The notes under the pieces: model-generated
Told to the model about the DNA's origin: nothing
Seen by the model: the letters and a program-made list of their open reading frames with translations, nothing else
The model's database searches: none
Position numbers and translations under genes: made by a program
Assembly: GCA_048013815.1 (NCBI GenBank)
Contig: CM106586.1
Span: 16,802,001 to 16,866,000, forward strand
Length of the DNA stretch: 64,000 nucleotides
Source: Setoptus koraiensis
Taxonomy: Eukaryota > Animalia > Arthropoda
Reading direction: 5' to 3'
Part shown: piece after piece, positions 36,438 to 47,569 of the stretch
Layout of the letters: each line of letters starts with the position of its first letter
How positions within the stretch are numbered: position 1 is the stretch's first letter

Positions 36438-37558
36438 GCTGCCGCTCCCGCAACCAGCTCGGCGGAGCGGCCTCCCCCGCTCGGCATTGGCCCGTCGTGC
36501 CGGCCGACAGGTAGTCGGTCACAAGCTCGAGTAACGTTGCGCGAAGCTCACGGCCGCTCGCAAGCGCTCGGCCGCTAGCAAGCGCTCGGCTGGACTGGCT
36601 AATGGGCCGAATTGCGGTTGCAAATCGGCTCAGAACGGCTTGCCAGTGAGAAGCGCTTAGGCCGCCAAGCACTCAAAGTGGCTTCGAAATGAGCCGGCTC
36701 GCCATTTCGAATGTTGCACGCGAATAGAGTGGCGAGCGCCAGGCGAACAGGCGCTGCCCAAAGGCGAGTCGTGCTGGCCGCCGAGGTTAAGGTTGCGCCG
36801 GGCATGACATCGAACGGTGAATGTCGAATTGGTTTTGTTCGTGAGCTTGCACTAATGAATTCGCCGCTCGCCGCTCGCCGCTCGCAGCCAATTCATCTCG
36901 AGCTTGGCCAATTCGGCTGGGCCGCTCTTGAGCTGCAATCCGTTCCATTGTGGATCTATTATGGCTGTATCATGGCTGTATGATGGCTGTATGATGGCTG
37001 TATTATGGATATTGTGGATATTGTGGCTGCATTATGGATGTGTTGCGGATTGTGGCATTGTGGATGCGCTGCCGTCAGTCACAATCGCGCCAGATTTAAT
37101 CATCGCAATAGAAATGGTCTCATGGTTCAATGGGATTAGCTCACTTATCGGCTTACGCGGCCACCGCGGCCCGACCAAAGCAAACAAACACCAAAATTAT
37201 CTCATTTAATATTCTGTCCGCTCGCGCCAACGAAATTTTCGGTGTATTTTCGTCACACAATAACGATTATTGTTTGACCCTGCGCTGGTGTCAATACGCA
37301 TACGTATATATAAATACATAACAAGCTCGCTTGTTTGTTTGGTCGGCTCGGTTGCGAGCCAATTAAACAAACTTTGCCAGCGAAACTTTGCCAGCGAGCG
37401 GCCACAAACTGGTTGCGCTAATTTGCTCGAAATAGCCGCCAGATGAGCGCCATCGATTCAATCACGTCACCACTGAATGAGTGCCGAGATGTGATTGCAT
37501 AATTAGCGCCGGCCGAAGTGCGTTGCGCGGCCGGCCGTCGAAACGACGCTGCATGTCA

Positions 37559-37625
37559 TGTCGACGATTTCGTCCTGTCGACGATTTCGTCCTGTCGACG
37601 ATTTCGTCCTGTCGACGATTTCGTC
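37559..37625. repeat. 17-bp tandem repeat tgtcgacgatttcgtcc x4
   Basis: Four near-perfect copies, no spacers. Confidence 0.95.
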
Positions 37626-39992
37626 ATTTCGACGGGCCGCCTTGTGGGCTTCTGCCGGTGTGATTGGCGCGGCCGCCGGCAGGTGATTGATCGTTGGCAG
37701 GCTGACAAATCTATTAATAAATCCGGTTGGTGATAACATCGTAAAAATTGCCATCATAAATTGCGCGCCTTTGCACTACTGTTGCGAGTTTGTCAGCGAG
37801 TCGCCAACAGCCAGACCAGAATAGCTCCAAAGCGAGGCAAAGAAAAGCAGGCCGAAAATGAAAATAAAAATAAAATTAAACGTGCACCAATGACGAAATT
37901 AGGAGCCAAAAAACAAAACTTTCCCAGGCGATTGATCATGGCACGACGATGACAGATTGCATTGGCCGCGTAATTAGTCGTCGCGTTGCGTCATTTGCAG
38001 CCATTCTGACGACATTATCAGATTATTACATTCAGATACAGTGTTCAGATACAGTGTTGAGATACGCGGACAGCGACGCAAAATGTCGCTGTCTCGCTGT
38101 TTCTGTCTGTTTGTGTATCCTTTATCTGGCTGCGGCCAGACTGACCGAGTCGTGATTCGCATGCCAATTCGCTCGAACCTGTGAATAAATAAATGTGTCA
38201 ACCTGTAAATGAATGCTAATCGCCAGAAACAGCTAATCGGCTCGCCTGTTTCGAAGCGTGTTATCAGTTTGCGACAGTGGCCGATAACGGCGACACTCGT
38301 GCCAGTGCCAACGGTGACAGTAGTGACAGTAGTGACGGTCGCGACAGTGCCAACGGTGACAATTGCGAGCCGATTCAGTTGTCAGTTTCGAACGATTCGA
38401 CCTTCGCTGCGGCCGCGATTCACCTGTGGTCGCTCACCTGGTGTCGTAGCGCATTGTATTTCGACAATTTCTGGCCGCCATCCATTCAATGTATGCGGCT
38501 TTGTTTTCGCAATTATACTAAAAAAATATTAATTAAATATTCTGGGATTTCTCCACTTTGCGCGACTTTGCGTCGACGGCTGCCGACATTGCGGGCCAAT
38601 GTCATTTGTCTGACCAATTTGTTTGGCAAGCCACATCCATGACGCCATCTGTCGGTGCGGTGGTGCGACTTCAGCTGGTCATGTCGTTGTTCACAACTCG
38701 CATATGTATCGCATTGATCAGGTTGATACGAGTAGTTGTTACATTATTAGTCAGTATATATTATATTACTTTCTCATTATGTTTGTATTGGCTGACAAAT
38801 AATCTGACAATAATCTGTGTATCTGTGATGCCAGCAGCCAGCTAAACAATAACAAATAGGTACACGCGAGAACAATTATGCGATGCTACGAGCCACTCGA
38901 ACAAGAGCAACGAGATCATTCAATTCGAGCTGGCCCTCAATCGAGTGAGTCGAATTCTGGCAAGCTTTACATTATTATTACTTATTTGTATGTTGCGTCG
39001 AGCGTTCTCACAGCGCAAATCACTGACTGACTGATAATTTACGAAGCTTTGCCCTAGTGTTTGTACACCCAACACACTTGTTGCTGTTGCCAGACGATTG
39101 GCTGACAATTGTAAGCCAACAAAATATTACACGGCCTGCATATGCCGCCTACGCTCAATAATAATAGCTCGCTGTCTCGCGCATTGACGCCTTGATGTTG
39201 TCGTTGTTGTTGTTGTTGTTGTTGCTGGCAAAAATGTACCACTTTTCACATTATTCACATTATGCAATGCGTTGCGCTTGATTGAAATGCATAATGGCAG
39301 CAGCAACCATAATAATAACAATATAATGATAGTGATGATAATGTTATTCATCAATCATTTGGCTTTTTGATTTTTGGCACAAACTCTTTATTGTTATCAC
39401 TATTATTATCGCTGTTTATTATTGCCACCACTATTACATTGCTATCTGCTGGCGCTGATATGCAATGGGCCGCTTGCATGCATATTGTGCGTGAACTATA
39501 CGCAAACGCTCTCTTAATTAATCGCGTCGTCGCCCAACCGCCACAAACCTGACAATTGTAATGTAATCTTGTGGCAAGCTAATTACTGGCCAAAAATAGA
39601 GTATTCGCCGGCAACAACTGTGACCGAGAGGCCAATTTAATCGCTTGCCGCATCATTAGGCGGCCGGTTGCGGGAGGCGCGAAAATGGTTTTCGTATGTT
39701 GGTTTGTTCAAAGCGTGCGCCACAATAATGAACTGTGATTACATCATGATGATTTCATAAAAACAAACAAACAAGTGATTTTTCGTAATGCGATGAAGAG
39801 TTAAAAATAGCCGAGCTTCGCCCGGTGCCTGCTGTACCACACAACAACAGTAGCAACGGCAACAGCGTATATGGCAGTAGCGATTTGTTGGTGGCAATTT
39901 GTTTGTACGCAAATCACGCAACGGGTCACACCATATCGAGTTAATCGTCGTATCGTTATAAAATAATAATTCAGTTTCGTGAACTCGCAAAC

Positions 39993-40826
39993 ATGCTGTC
40001 CTTGTTATCGGCCGCATTTGCATTCTTATTAGTATTGGGAGCCTCGCCCGCTGCCAACACTAACACTGTGCCGCCTTCTACTCTGGACGAGGCCAGGGAT
40101 GCCCTGTATAAGATTATCCAAACAAGGTATCCCAAGTATTGTTCGCTGGATCAGGTGGAAAAATTCAATAAATTAGCATATTCGCTGAGAAGTTCAAGCG
40201 ATTTGGCCAGGGCGAAACAACTGAACAATATTCTAGACGAATATCGGGCACAAGTGGAGAATATTTGCGACAGTGTATGGAGCGAAAAATTGAAATTTGA
40301 TGCTCGTCATGGCAACAAATTCCATGAACGTGCCAAAATTGTCACCAATTTTGAGTCGGTGAAAAAAGAATACGATCGCGCCTTCGACCTTGGCTCTCCG
40401 TTCAGGATTGTTAACATTCTTGAGAAATACGTTGCCAAACATAGGAGTTGTAAGCTGCACAAGGGCAAGGGCAAGGCACTGAAAGAACTCTATTCGGCAG
40501 CCTTAGAACTCGCCGAGATTATTCGCAACGACATGGGCCACATACTGGAACCGAGAGGACCATTGAGTTCAAACGATACGCATCTGAGAGAGTTGTATGA
40601 TACATGTTCGTTTATCACCTTCGCCATACCATTGTATACGGCTAGAGCTTTGCCAGATAAACCGGCCGCAACAACACTGGCCTCAGCCGACACCCCGGCC
40701 TCCATAGATTCTAGATACAGACCACAGCTTGACGAATTGACTGCCAGGCTGGTCAAGAAAACAATTAGAACAATTCGTTCCGAAGGGGCACTGTTGCTGT
40801 TAGAGACAATGAATAAAAAGGCGTGA
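39993..40826 (+). CDS. Orphan secreted protein (277 aa, signal peptide, probably helical), single exon
   Basis: ATG in a CAAACATG context; hydrophobic N-terminus MLSLLSAAFAFLLVLGASPA; non-repetitive coding-like composition with 4 Cys. No family recognised. Confidence 0.75.
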   Translation: MLSLLSAAFAFLLVLGASPAANTNTVPPSTLDEARDALYKIIQTRYPKYCSLDQVEKFNKLAYSLRSSSDLARAKQLNNILDEYRAQVENICDSVWSEKLKFDARHGNKFHERAKIVTNFESVKKEYDRAFDLGSPFRIVNILEKYVAKHRSCKLHKGKGKALKELYSAALELAEIIRNDMGHILEPRGPLSSNDTHLRELYDTCSFITFAIPLYTARALPDKPAATTLASADTPASIDSRYRPQLDELTARLVKKTIRTIRSEGALLLLETMNKKA

Positions 40827-40994
40827 GTGTCTCGAAACATGAGCCTCATTTCATCGGTTTCTTCTGAAATTCAGAGTCTGAATTGAGATTCTGTTTACCA
40901 CATTTTTTTACACATTGAGCATTGATACATTAGTGCTGCGGACGGACGGCTGTGAACAACAATTGCGGGTGGTATTTATACCAAATGATCGACC

Positions 40995-41119
40995 TAGTCT
41001 CGTATGGATGCAATTTATTGATTGTTTATTAATTGCATTCATACGAGACTATGTTTGATAAATATCGATAATAGTTACGTATGAATGCAATTTATTTATT
41101 AATTGCATTCATACGTAAC
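40995..41119. other. Two adjacent hairpins sharing the same arm sequence
   Basis: Stem 40995-41015/41031-41051 (21 bp, one G:T) and stem 41074-41092/41101-41119 (19 bp, perfect). Confidence 0.85.
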
Positions 41120-41913
41120 ATTGTTTAGATTTTGATCATTCAACAACGGCCGCCCAAGCTCGGCATGCCCACTGCCCAAATTCAATCCGATCGCAGCGCT
41201 AAGCTGAACCAATTAATGATAAATTGTTTGCGATCACCATGCTTATATTTCTCGCAGAGAAAACTGACGTAATTCTCATCGGACGATCTTATCTTGTTTT
41301 GTGAGTTAGCCATGATATTTACACAAAACTGAACTGCCAGCACGAACAGAGCTATATGCTGCAATCAAGCAGATACACTTTTTTGCTGAATCTCGTCTTT
41401 TGAATGAGAACGATGAGCACTGAAGGAAACTAGTATGGAATCTTGTAGGCCGATACGATTTTCATAGTACAAGTCACCGGTTATTGACTGATCTGATGAG
41501 CTTCTGCAAGATCGAAACGCACTGGATAATGGTGACATGTGAGTCATAATGAGCCCGTTCATGTCTCCGTTAAATGCTTTATTTAGATGATTCATCATTG
41601 CTATCGATTTCGGTGATTCGCCGTCTTAAATGAGTGAGTTTATATGAGATGTAGATATGTAGAGCCAATAATATACAAATTGTCTCCCTAATGCTCGCCA
41701 AATCATTTGATATCCAACAACAGATTCGACAAAACTAGAACAAAGCGATAATAGTCAAACAGCCGCATTCAAAAGTCTCCCTTGTTATTTGAGCTAATTC
41801 CTGATTCACAAGCGTTGTTTAGCGTGATCTACAGATCAGGGAGGCCTTCGACGAGCACAATTGCATTATAATATCCATCTTTCTGGATTCATGATCAGCC
41901 GGTGTCGACGGCA

Positions 41914-43749
41914 ATGGATCGAAAATTACTCAATTTAATTGCTATAGTTGCGTATTTTCTGCTGAATTCAACAGCGACGCACCAACAGTCTGACGTCATT
42001 GCATTTGGAACTCCTTGTAACTATCCGCCGTATAGATTGTTTCGACCGACTGAAACACAAGGATCCATTCTCATCGATCGAACAATCACCGATTTCTATT
42101 CGAATTGTTCAACTTATTTTTTCACGTTGGCAAAAGAACAGACGCCTCTTGTTCTGCATTTGGAAAATATCATCGTGCACGATGGTGACAGAATAGTATT
42201 CAAGTCAGGGAATAAGACTGATGAGATTCCATTCCCCGGAAATGCACTAGTGGCAATAGGAGAGGGCCAATGGACGTTCAACGTCGATTTCAATCGCTTA
42301 ATCGAGGGACAGCGACTTTTGAATATAAGTTACAGTACAGACTTGAAGCTGGACCTTGATATTTCTCAAGTGAACAATTTGACCATACACAAACTTGTTG
42401 GTTCTGATGACCAAAAACTGACATTTAGCCTGACTATCGACAGTTACAGTACGGCCAATTCTGTAAATGACCACATTCTGGTAAAAATAAAACCAAAAAA
42501 CTCTATGAGCCTGATAACGGTCAATGATTGGTGGTATAATCGCACACACATGCTGAAAAACACTGGATATTTATATAGTTCTGAACCTTACCTAGGCATC
42601 AAGATAGAACCTCAACTCAACGAAAGATTCACTTTGACAGCCGAGGGCGTGCGAAATGACTGTTCTTCTATCACAGAGGATCCCAAATTTTATTCATCAT
42701 ATTATTATGATTCTTCGTTTTCTTCCCCAGAAAAAGTATTTGATGATCCAGTGATACCAGATGAATCGAAAAACCTCAAAAAGTGTGTACGGATATTCAC
42801 GTTGAGTGACCCCGCCGACGCCTATTTCTGTATTTATATACCATTCTCAGAAGATTTTATTCGAGGCAACAACAAACTCATTATGACTGATTCAACAGGT
42901 TCATTAGTCATTGGAAAGGAGTATGGTAGATTTTTAAACTTCACCGGAAGCGAATTAGTCGTCGAACATGATTATACATTAAGCTCTGACACTCTCCAAT
43001 GGGCTGGAAAATATAATGTGTTCTTAGAAGGTCAAAAAACGGGCATCATTCGAAAATTGAGGAACAAATCGCTCAAGAAAATCATCTATTCGTATTCCGA
43101 GCAACCACATCCCTCAATATCGTTGGGATACCCGTTGCCCTCATCAGTATCAATGAAGATATTCGCAAATGACAATTTGGGCAAACCTCTTGTGACTTTC
43201 AAAGACAATGATACTCTTCCACCAATTTTCTCATTGAAGCAGAACGGAACATTAGTTGTTGAGTTTAATGCGACTGAGGAAGATGCTCTGACTAAGCTAC
43301 CAGATTATGAATTCAAGACACAGCCAGATTCGTGCTATAAATTTTCCAGATGGCAGTCTGGCTATTTCTCACTTTGTAATTTCACTGAAAAAGAGTGTAT
43401 CTGGCTAATTAGTCCCTCTGGACCTCAGAATGGATATTCGCTGGTTCTTTCTATAGACGAGTTGTTATTTAAAAATGATGGCGATTGTGCACAGGTCATT
43501 AAATTGTCAAATATCGGAGAAGAAGAGGTGATGGCTGATTTATGTGGTAAGCGCCGTTTGAGTAGGCAACCGATTAAAATTCAGCTGGATGGCAAATTCA
43601 AACATTATGTAAGGCTGACAAAAGACGACCAAACTTCAGCACTTTCGTTCGAAGCAAGCTACTCTCATGTTATGGCGACAGGGCATACTTGTCAGTGTGA
43701 TTGCAGAGAGAAAGTGCCATTGCATGAATCGCCCCCGAAACTTGTGTAA
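41914..43749 (+). CDS. Secreted/surface glycoprotein with CUB-like domain(s) (611 aa)
   Basis: ATG at 41914 (the track's start at 41902 is GTG); signal peptide MDRKLLNLIAIVAYFLLNSTAT; many N-x-S/T sites. The C-terminal segment SCYKF...ECIWLI...DC...DLCG...SFEASY follows the CUB Cys pattern. Confidence 0.7.
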   Translation: MDRKLLNLIAIVAYFLLNSTATHQQSDVIAFGTPCNYPPYRLFRPTETQGSILIDRTITDFYSNCSTYFFTLAKEQTPLVLHLENIIVHDGDRIVFKSGNKTDEIPFPGNALVAIGEGQWTFNVDFNRLIEGQRLLNISYSTDLKLDLDISQVNNLTIHKLVGSDDQKLTFSLTIDSYSTANSVNDHILVKIKPKNSMSLITVNDWWYNRTHMLKNTGYLYSSEPYLGIKIEPQLNERFTLTAEGVRNDCSSITEDPKFYSSYYYDSSFSSPEKVFDDPVIPDESKNLKKCVRIFTLSDPADAYFCIYIPFSEDFIRGNNKLIMTDSTGSLVIGKEYGRFLNFTGSELVVEHDYTLSSDTLQWAGKYNVFLEGQKTGIIRKLRNKSLKKIIYSYSEQPHPSISLGYPLPSSVSMKIFANDNLGKPLVTFKDNDTLPPIFSLKQNGTLVVEFNATEEDALTKLPDYEFKTQPDSCYKFSRWQSGYFSLCNFTEKECIWLISPSGPQNGYSLVLSIDELLFKNDGDCAQVIKLSNIGEEEVMADLCGKRRLSRQPIKIQLDGKFKHYVRLTKDDQTSALSFEASYSHVMATGHTCQCDCREKVPLHESPPKLV

Positions 43750-43870
43750 AAAAGAGAGGAGCAAGAAAACCCATGTTTACCCAATTTTATCGCGTAGAGA
43801 TAAGATTTAAGAGCAAAAGATTGCACAAAAAACGAACACTCTCAGCGACCGAGGCTAAAAACTTTTGCTT

Positions 43871-44236
43871 CTACGATCGTTCGGAATATACCGAATCATT
43901 CGACTGCGTAATTAAAAATTCCCTGTAAAATTCTGCGTCAGATTTGTTGCGGCCGAAATAAAAAATTGCTTCTTCTATCAAACAGGCGTCTTTGTTGACT
44001 ACATTTGTTTCTGATTGGGGTAGGCGAAAACTCGAGGACCTCTTTTCTCCGAAAAACACATCCAGTGAGTTTATGTGCGAGACCCGCCAAACTTTGGCGA
44101 CCGAAGTACAGGGTGTGCGCACGAGTTTCGGCGTCATCAAAATAGTGATCATATGATTTCGGGTGAGCACATGTTTTTGTTTTCTGAAGAAAATCGGCTT
44201 GATTCGAGGTGCAAATGCATAATTAATTGTGCTCAT
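43871..44236 (-). CDS. Possible small hypothetical protein (121 aa), head-to-head with USP39
   Basis: ATG-started, non-repetitive ORF 108 nt from the USP39 start; no recognisable motif. Confidence 0.25.
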   Translation of the reverse strand: MSTINYAFAPRIKPIFFRKQKHVLTRNHMITILMTPKLVRTPCTSVAKVWRVSHINSLDVFFGEKRSSSFRLPQSETNVVNKDACLIEEAIFYFGRNKSDAEFYREFLITQSNDSVYSERS

Positions 44237-44344
44237 ATTTAACGGTGCACTGGTATGGGTCTATTTTAACGATTATTATCATCATTAGTTGGATATTCAT
44301 TCATTAATTTATTTATTGTCACAATCAATTAGCCAGCGCCGGCA

Positions 44345-45793
44345 ATGGCCAACAACGGGGACGGCGTACAACAGCAGTGCCCATATTTGGACACCATCAA
44401 CAGGAAAGCGTTAGATTTTGATTTCGAGAAACTTTGCAGCATTTCATTGTCAAAAATAAACGTCTACGCCTGTCTAGTTTGCGGACAATATTTCCAAGGC
44501 CGGGGTAAGACCACTCACGCTTATTTACATTCTTGCTCCAGCAATCATCACGTCTTCTTGAATTTGGAGACGCTCAAATTTTATTGTCTGCCTGACAACT
44601 ACGAAATACAGGACTCCTCATTCAACGATATAGTATATGTGCTAAAGCCCACCTTTACACGCCAAGAAATCAACCAGATCGACCAATCCGACAGACAGGT
44701 GAGGGCCTACGATGGCACACTGTATTATCCCGGCATCGTTGGATTGAATAATCTCAAGTACAACGACTATTGTAATGTTGTATTGCAAGGGCTCAGTCAC
44801 GTTATACCGCTAAGGGACTATTTTCTACTGGAAAACACAAATCCGAACACTCACAACAAGCCTGTTTCAAGTGACAGAAATCAATTGCTGGCGCAAAGAT
44901 TCGGCGAACTCATCAGAAAATTGTGGAATCCGCGAAATTTTAAGGCACACGTGTCGCCCCATGAAATGCTGCAAGCTGTTGTTCTTTGCTCTGACAAAGA
45001 ATTTGAATTCACGAAACAAGGTGATCCAATTATATTCTTGAGCTGGTTTCTCAATTCATTATCCGGACCAAAAAGACAAAAATTGTCAATAATTAAACGA
45101 ACGTTTCAAGGCGTCATGAAAGTTATCACCCAGCAAGCTACCACGACAGTCAATCAGGACCAAATCGATACCGACAGTAATATTATACCATCAGAGGAAA
45201 CTGTTTCATCTATCAATTTCCTGTACCTTACTTTGGATCTACCATTGAGACCTTTGTATCCGCAAGGCGAGGAACGTGAGGACATCAAACCACAGACATC
45301 ATTATATACTTTGCTGGAGAAATTCAATGGGTATACTACTCACGAATCAAAAACAAGCGCATTGACACTCAAGAGGAGATTCCAAATACTCAAATTGCCT
45401 AGGTATTTGATACTTTACATCAAAAGATTTACCAAGAACACTTTCTTTCTAGAGAAAAATCCCTATATTGTAAATTTCCCAATCAAGGATCTAGATATGA
45501 GCGAGTATTTGTGTCCAGAATCAAAAGGTAACAATCCTCATACAAGCTACAATCTGATAGCCAATATTGCACATGAGGGTGAACCAGACGCAGGTAAAGG
45601 AACTTATAGGGCTCACATTTTGCATAAAGGCACTGGCAAATGGTTTGAACTACAAGATTTACATGTCACAGATATTCTGCCAGAAATAATAACCCTTAGT
45701 GAATCTTACATACAAATTTGGGAGATGGCTGACACAAATGAGTCAAGTTTATCTCAACAACAAATCAAAAAGGTTAAAATGAATGGTGATTGA
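44345..45793 (+). CDS. USP39: U4/U6.U5 tri-snRNP-associated protein 2 (USP39/Sad1), intronless
   Basis: ZnF-UBP CPYLDTINRKALDFDFEKLCSISLS..NVYACLVCGQYFQGRG; GLNNLKYNDY with the family-typical Asp in place of the catalytic Cys; HVSPHEMLQAV; WFELQDL.V. Confidence 0.97.
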   Translation: MANNGDGVQQQCPYLDTINRKALDFDFEKLCSISLSKINVYACLVCGQYFQGRGKTTHAYLHSCSSNHHVFLNLETLKFYCLPDNYEIQDSSFNDIVYVLKPTFTRQEINQIDQSDRQVRAYDGTLYYPGIVGLNNLKYNDYCNVVLQGLSHVIPLRDYFLLENTNPNTHNKPVSSDRNQLLAQRFGELIRKLWNPRNFKAHVSPHEMLQAVVLCSDKEFEFTKQGDPIIFLSWFLNSLSGPKRQKLSIIKRTFQGVMKVITQQATTTVNQDQIDTDSNIIPSEETVSSINFLYLTLDLPLRPLYPQGEEREDIKPQTSLYTLLEKFNGYTTHESKTSALTLKRRFQILKLPRYLILYIKRFTKNTFFLEKNPYIVNFPIKDLDMSEYLCPESKGNNPHTSYNLIANIAHEGEPDAGKGTYRAHILHKGTGKWFELQDLHVTDILPEIITLSESYIQIWEMADTNESSLSQQQIKKVKMNGD

Positions 45794-46391
45794 AAAGAAG
45801 TGTAAGCGAGTGTTGCAGTTTATTTATATAAATAAGAAAATAACAATCAATAATAACAATAATACATCACGATCGTACCAGATCAATCAATTGTGATGTA
45901 AAATTGCATATATTTAGTGAACTAGATCGAATTAATTCAAGAGGAGCAACACTTATCTATACTTTGATTATTGTAATCTCAAACTTTCGATCTAACTCAC
46001 GAGAGATAAATCTTTATGAAGTTATTACTTTCAATCAATATCAGAATCATTGATAAACAATTAAGTTCATTGGTATGGTCTATATATATGAATGTGTTGT
46101 TGTGTGTTTCTTGAAGATACGTCTCGATCGTTGCTTGGAAACTAAGAAAGATAATAATAATGATATATAGACAGATAGTGTTATTATGTCAAACTATTCT
46201 GTCTGTGACGATTTGTCTGGCATATAAAATGAAGATAACATAAGATAAATAAAAAACAACAATATCAAAACAAAGAAGTCGTATATAAATGGTTTTGCAA
46301 AATGATCTAGCTGATTTAACTTGACTACGTAGTTACATAAAATTGTTGTTATTTATTAATGATTGAAATAAAAGCGGAAAATTGACAAGAC

Positions 46392-47569
46392 ATGAATGCC
46401 ATGGAGTGTACTGAAAGAATGGAGGCTACCAACTCTGACACTTTGTCGAGCGAAAACGGTAGTCCATTGAGAAGTGAAAGAGCGAAAACAGAAGATTTGA
46501 ATGTCTCAAAAAAATTTGACTTCTTGGATCTACTGGGTGAGCTGAGAACTATCTTCAAAGAGGATAAGGTAGATATAGACTATGTGAAGAAAGTTATAGC
46601 AAGTTACAACTCAGAAGCAAAGGATTGGAGAAAGTATGCACACTTCGACCCATTCAGGTGAGTTTCCAAATGATTATGCTCTAGCTTTTAGGAAAATTTA
46701 TTGTAGACTGAAATATTCATCTCAATATCGATTCGGATGTTTGGATTTCATAGATATACTCGAAATCTAGTTGAGGACAACGAAAAATACAATGTGATGA
46801 TTCTTGGATGGGCAGAGGGTCAAGGCAGCAGCATACACAATCATTCTGGGACACACTGTCTGATGAAGGTGAGTTTTACTTGAAAAAGTAGCGACAAATT
46901 ATCTGTGATTTAGTATAACCATACTAATTGTACGATGTCATACCGATGATGATAGATTCTCGAAGGAAACTTAAAGGAAACAAGATTCGAATGGTCAGAG
47001 GTTGATGATTGCGAGGATGAGGTCCAAGAAATGAAGATGATTGACGAGCAAATACACAACAAGAATGAAGTGACATACATAAATGGTGAGTCGACATTAT
47101 CACAAGTACAAGCTCATTTTTCGAATATGAAATTTGTTACAGTATCAACTAATGAAAACAAAATATTGTCGCTCTGATCAGATCAAATTGGCCTGCATCG
47201 TGTTGAGAATCCAAGGTAAATACTCGATCTATTCGAACAGAGCGCTAGTGCCGGGTTTAATTGCTAACTAATGTTTTACATGATTCCACAATAATCAAAA
47301 TCATGACCGAAAATCAGCCACACGGAAACCAGTGCAAGTTTGCATATTTACATTCCACCATTCAAATCGTGCAAGTCCTTTGATCAGCGTACGGGGCATT
47401 CGAGAGAAGTGATGGTTACATTTTACAGCAAAAACGGAGATGTCTACACGGTGAGTTTAGCCTCTCTCTCTCTCTCTACTATATACATATAAGAGATATA
47501 GAAACAATCACGAGTCAAAATCGCTAATCGTTTCTACTGCATTCCCATCAGGAACCCGAGGACAATTGA
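46392..47569 (+). CDS. CDO1: Cysteine dioxygenase type 1, 6 exons (46392-46657, 46754-46868, 46956-47085, 47182-47215, 47318-47450, 47552-47569)
   Basis: The spliced product has RYTRNLV, SSIHNHSGTHC, GLHRVENPSH and SLHIYIPPF. All introns are GT-AG with consistent phases. Confidence 0.93.

Noticed and set aside
36371-37625. 16- and 17-bp repeats as CRISPR arrays
   Set aside because: Head-to-tail copies with no spacers and no cas genes, in a eukaryotic context.
44740-44775. Missing catalytic Cys in the USP domain as pseudogenisation
   Set aside because: USP39/Sad1 is a naturally inactive pseudo-deubiquitinase.
46804-46811. Cys-to-Gly change in CDO1 (ILGW) as loss of the Cys-Tyr cofactor
   Set aside because: That is not the cross-linking Cys. 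The cofactor Cys (HNHSGTHC) and the S-x-H-x-Y triad are retained.
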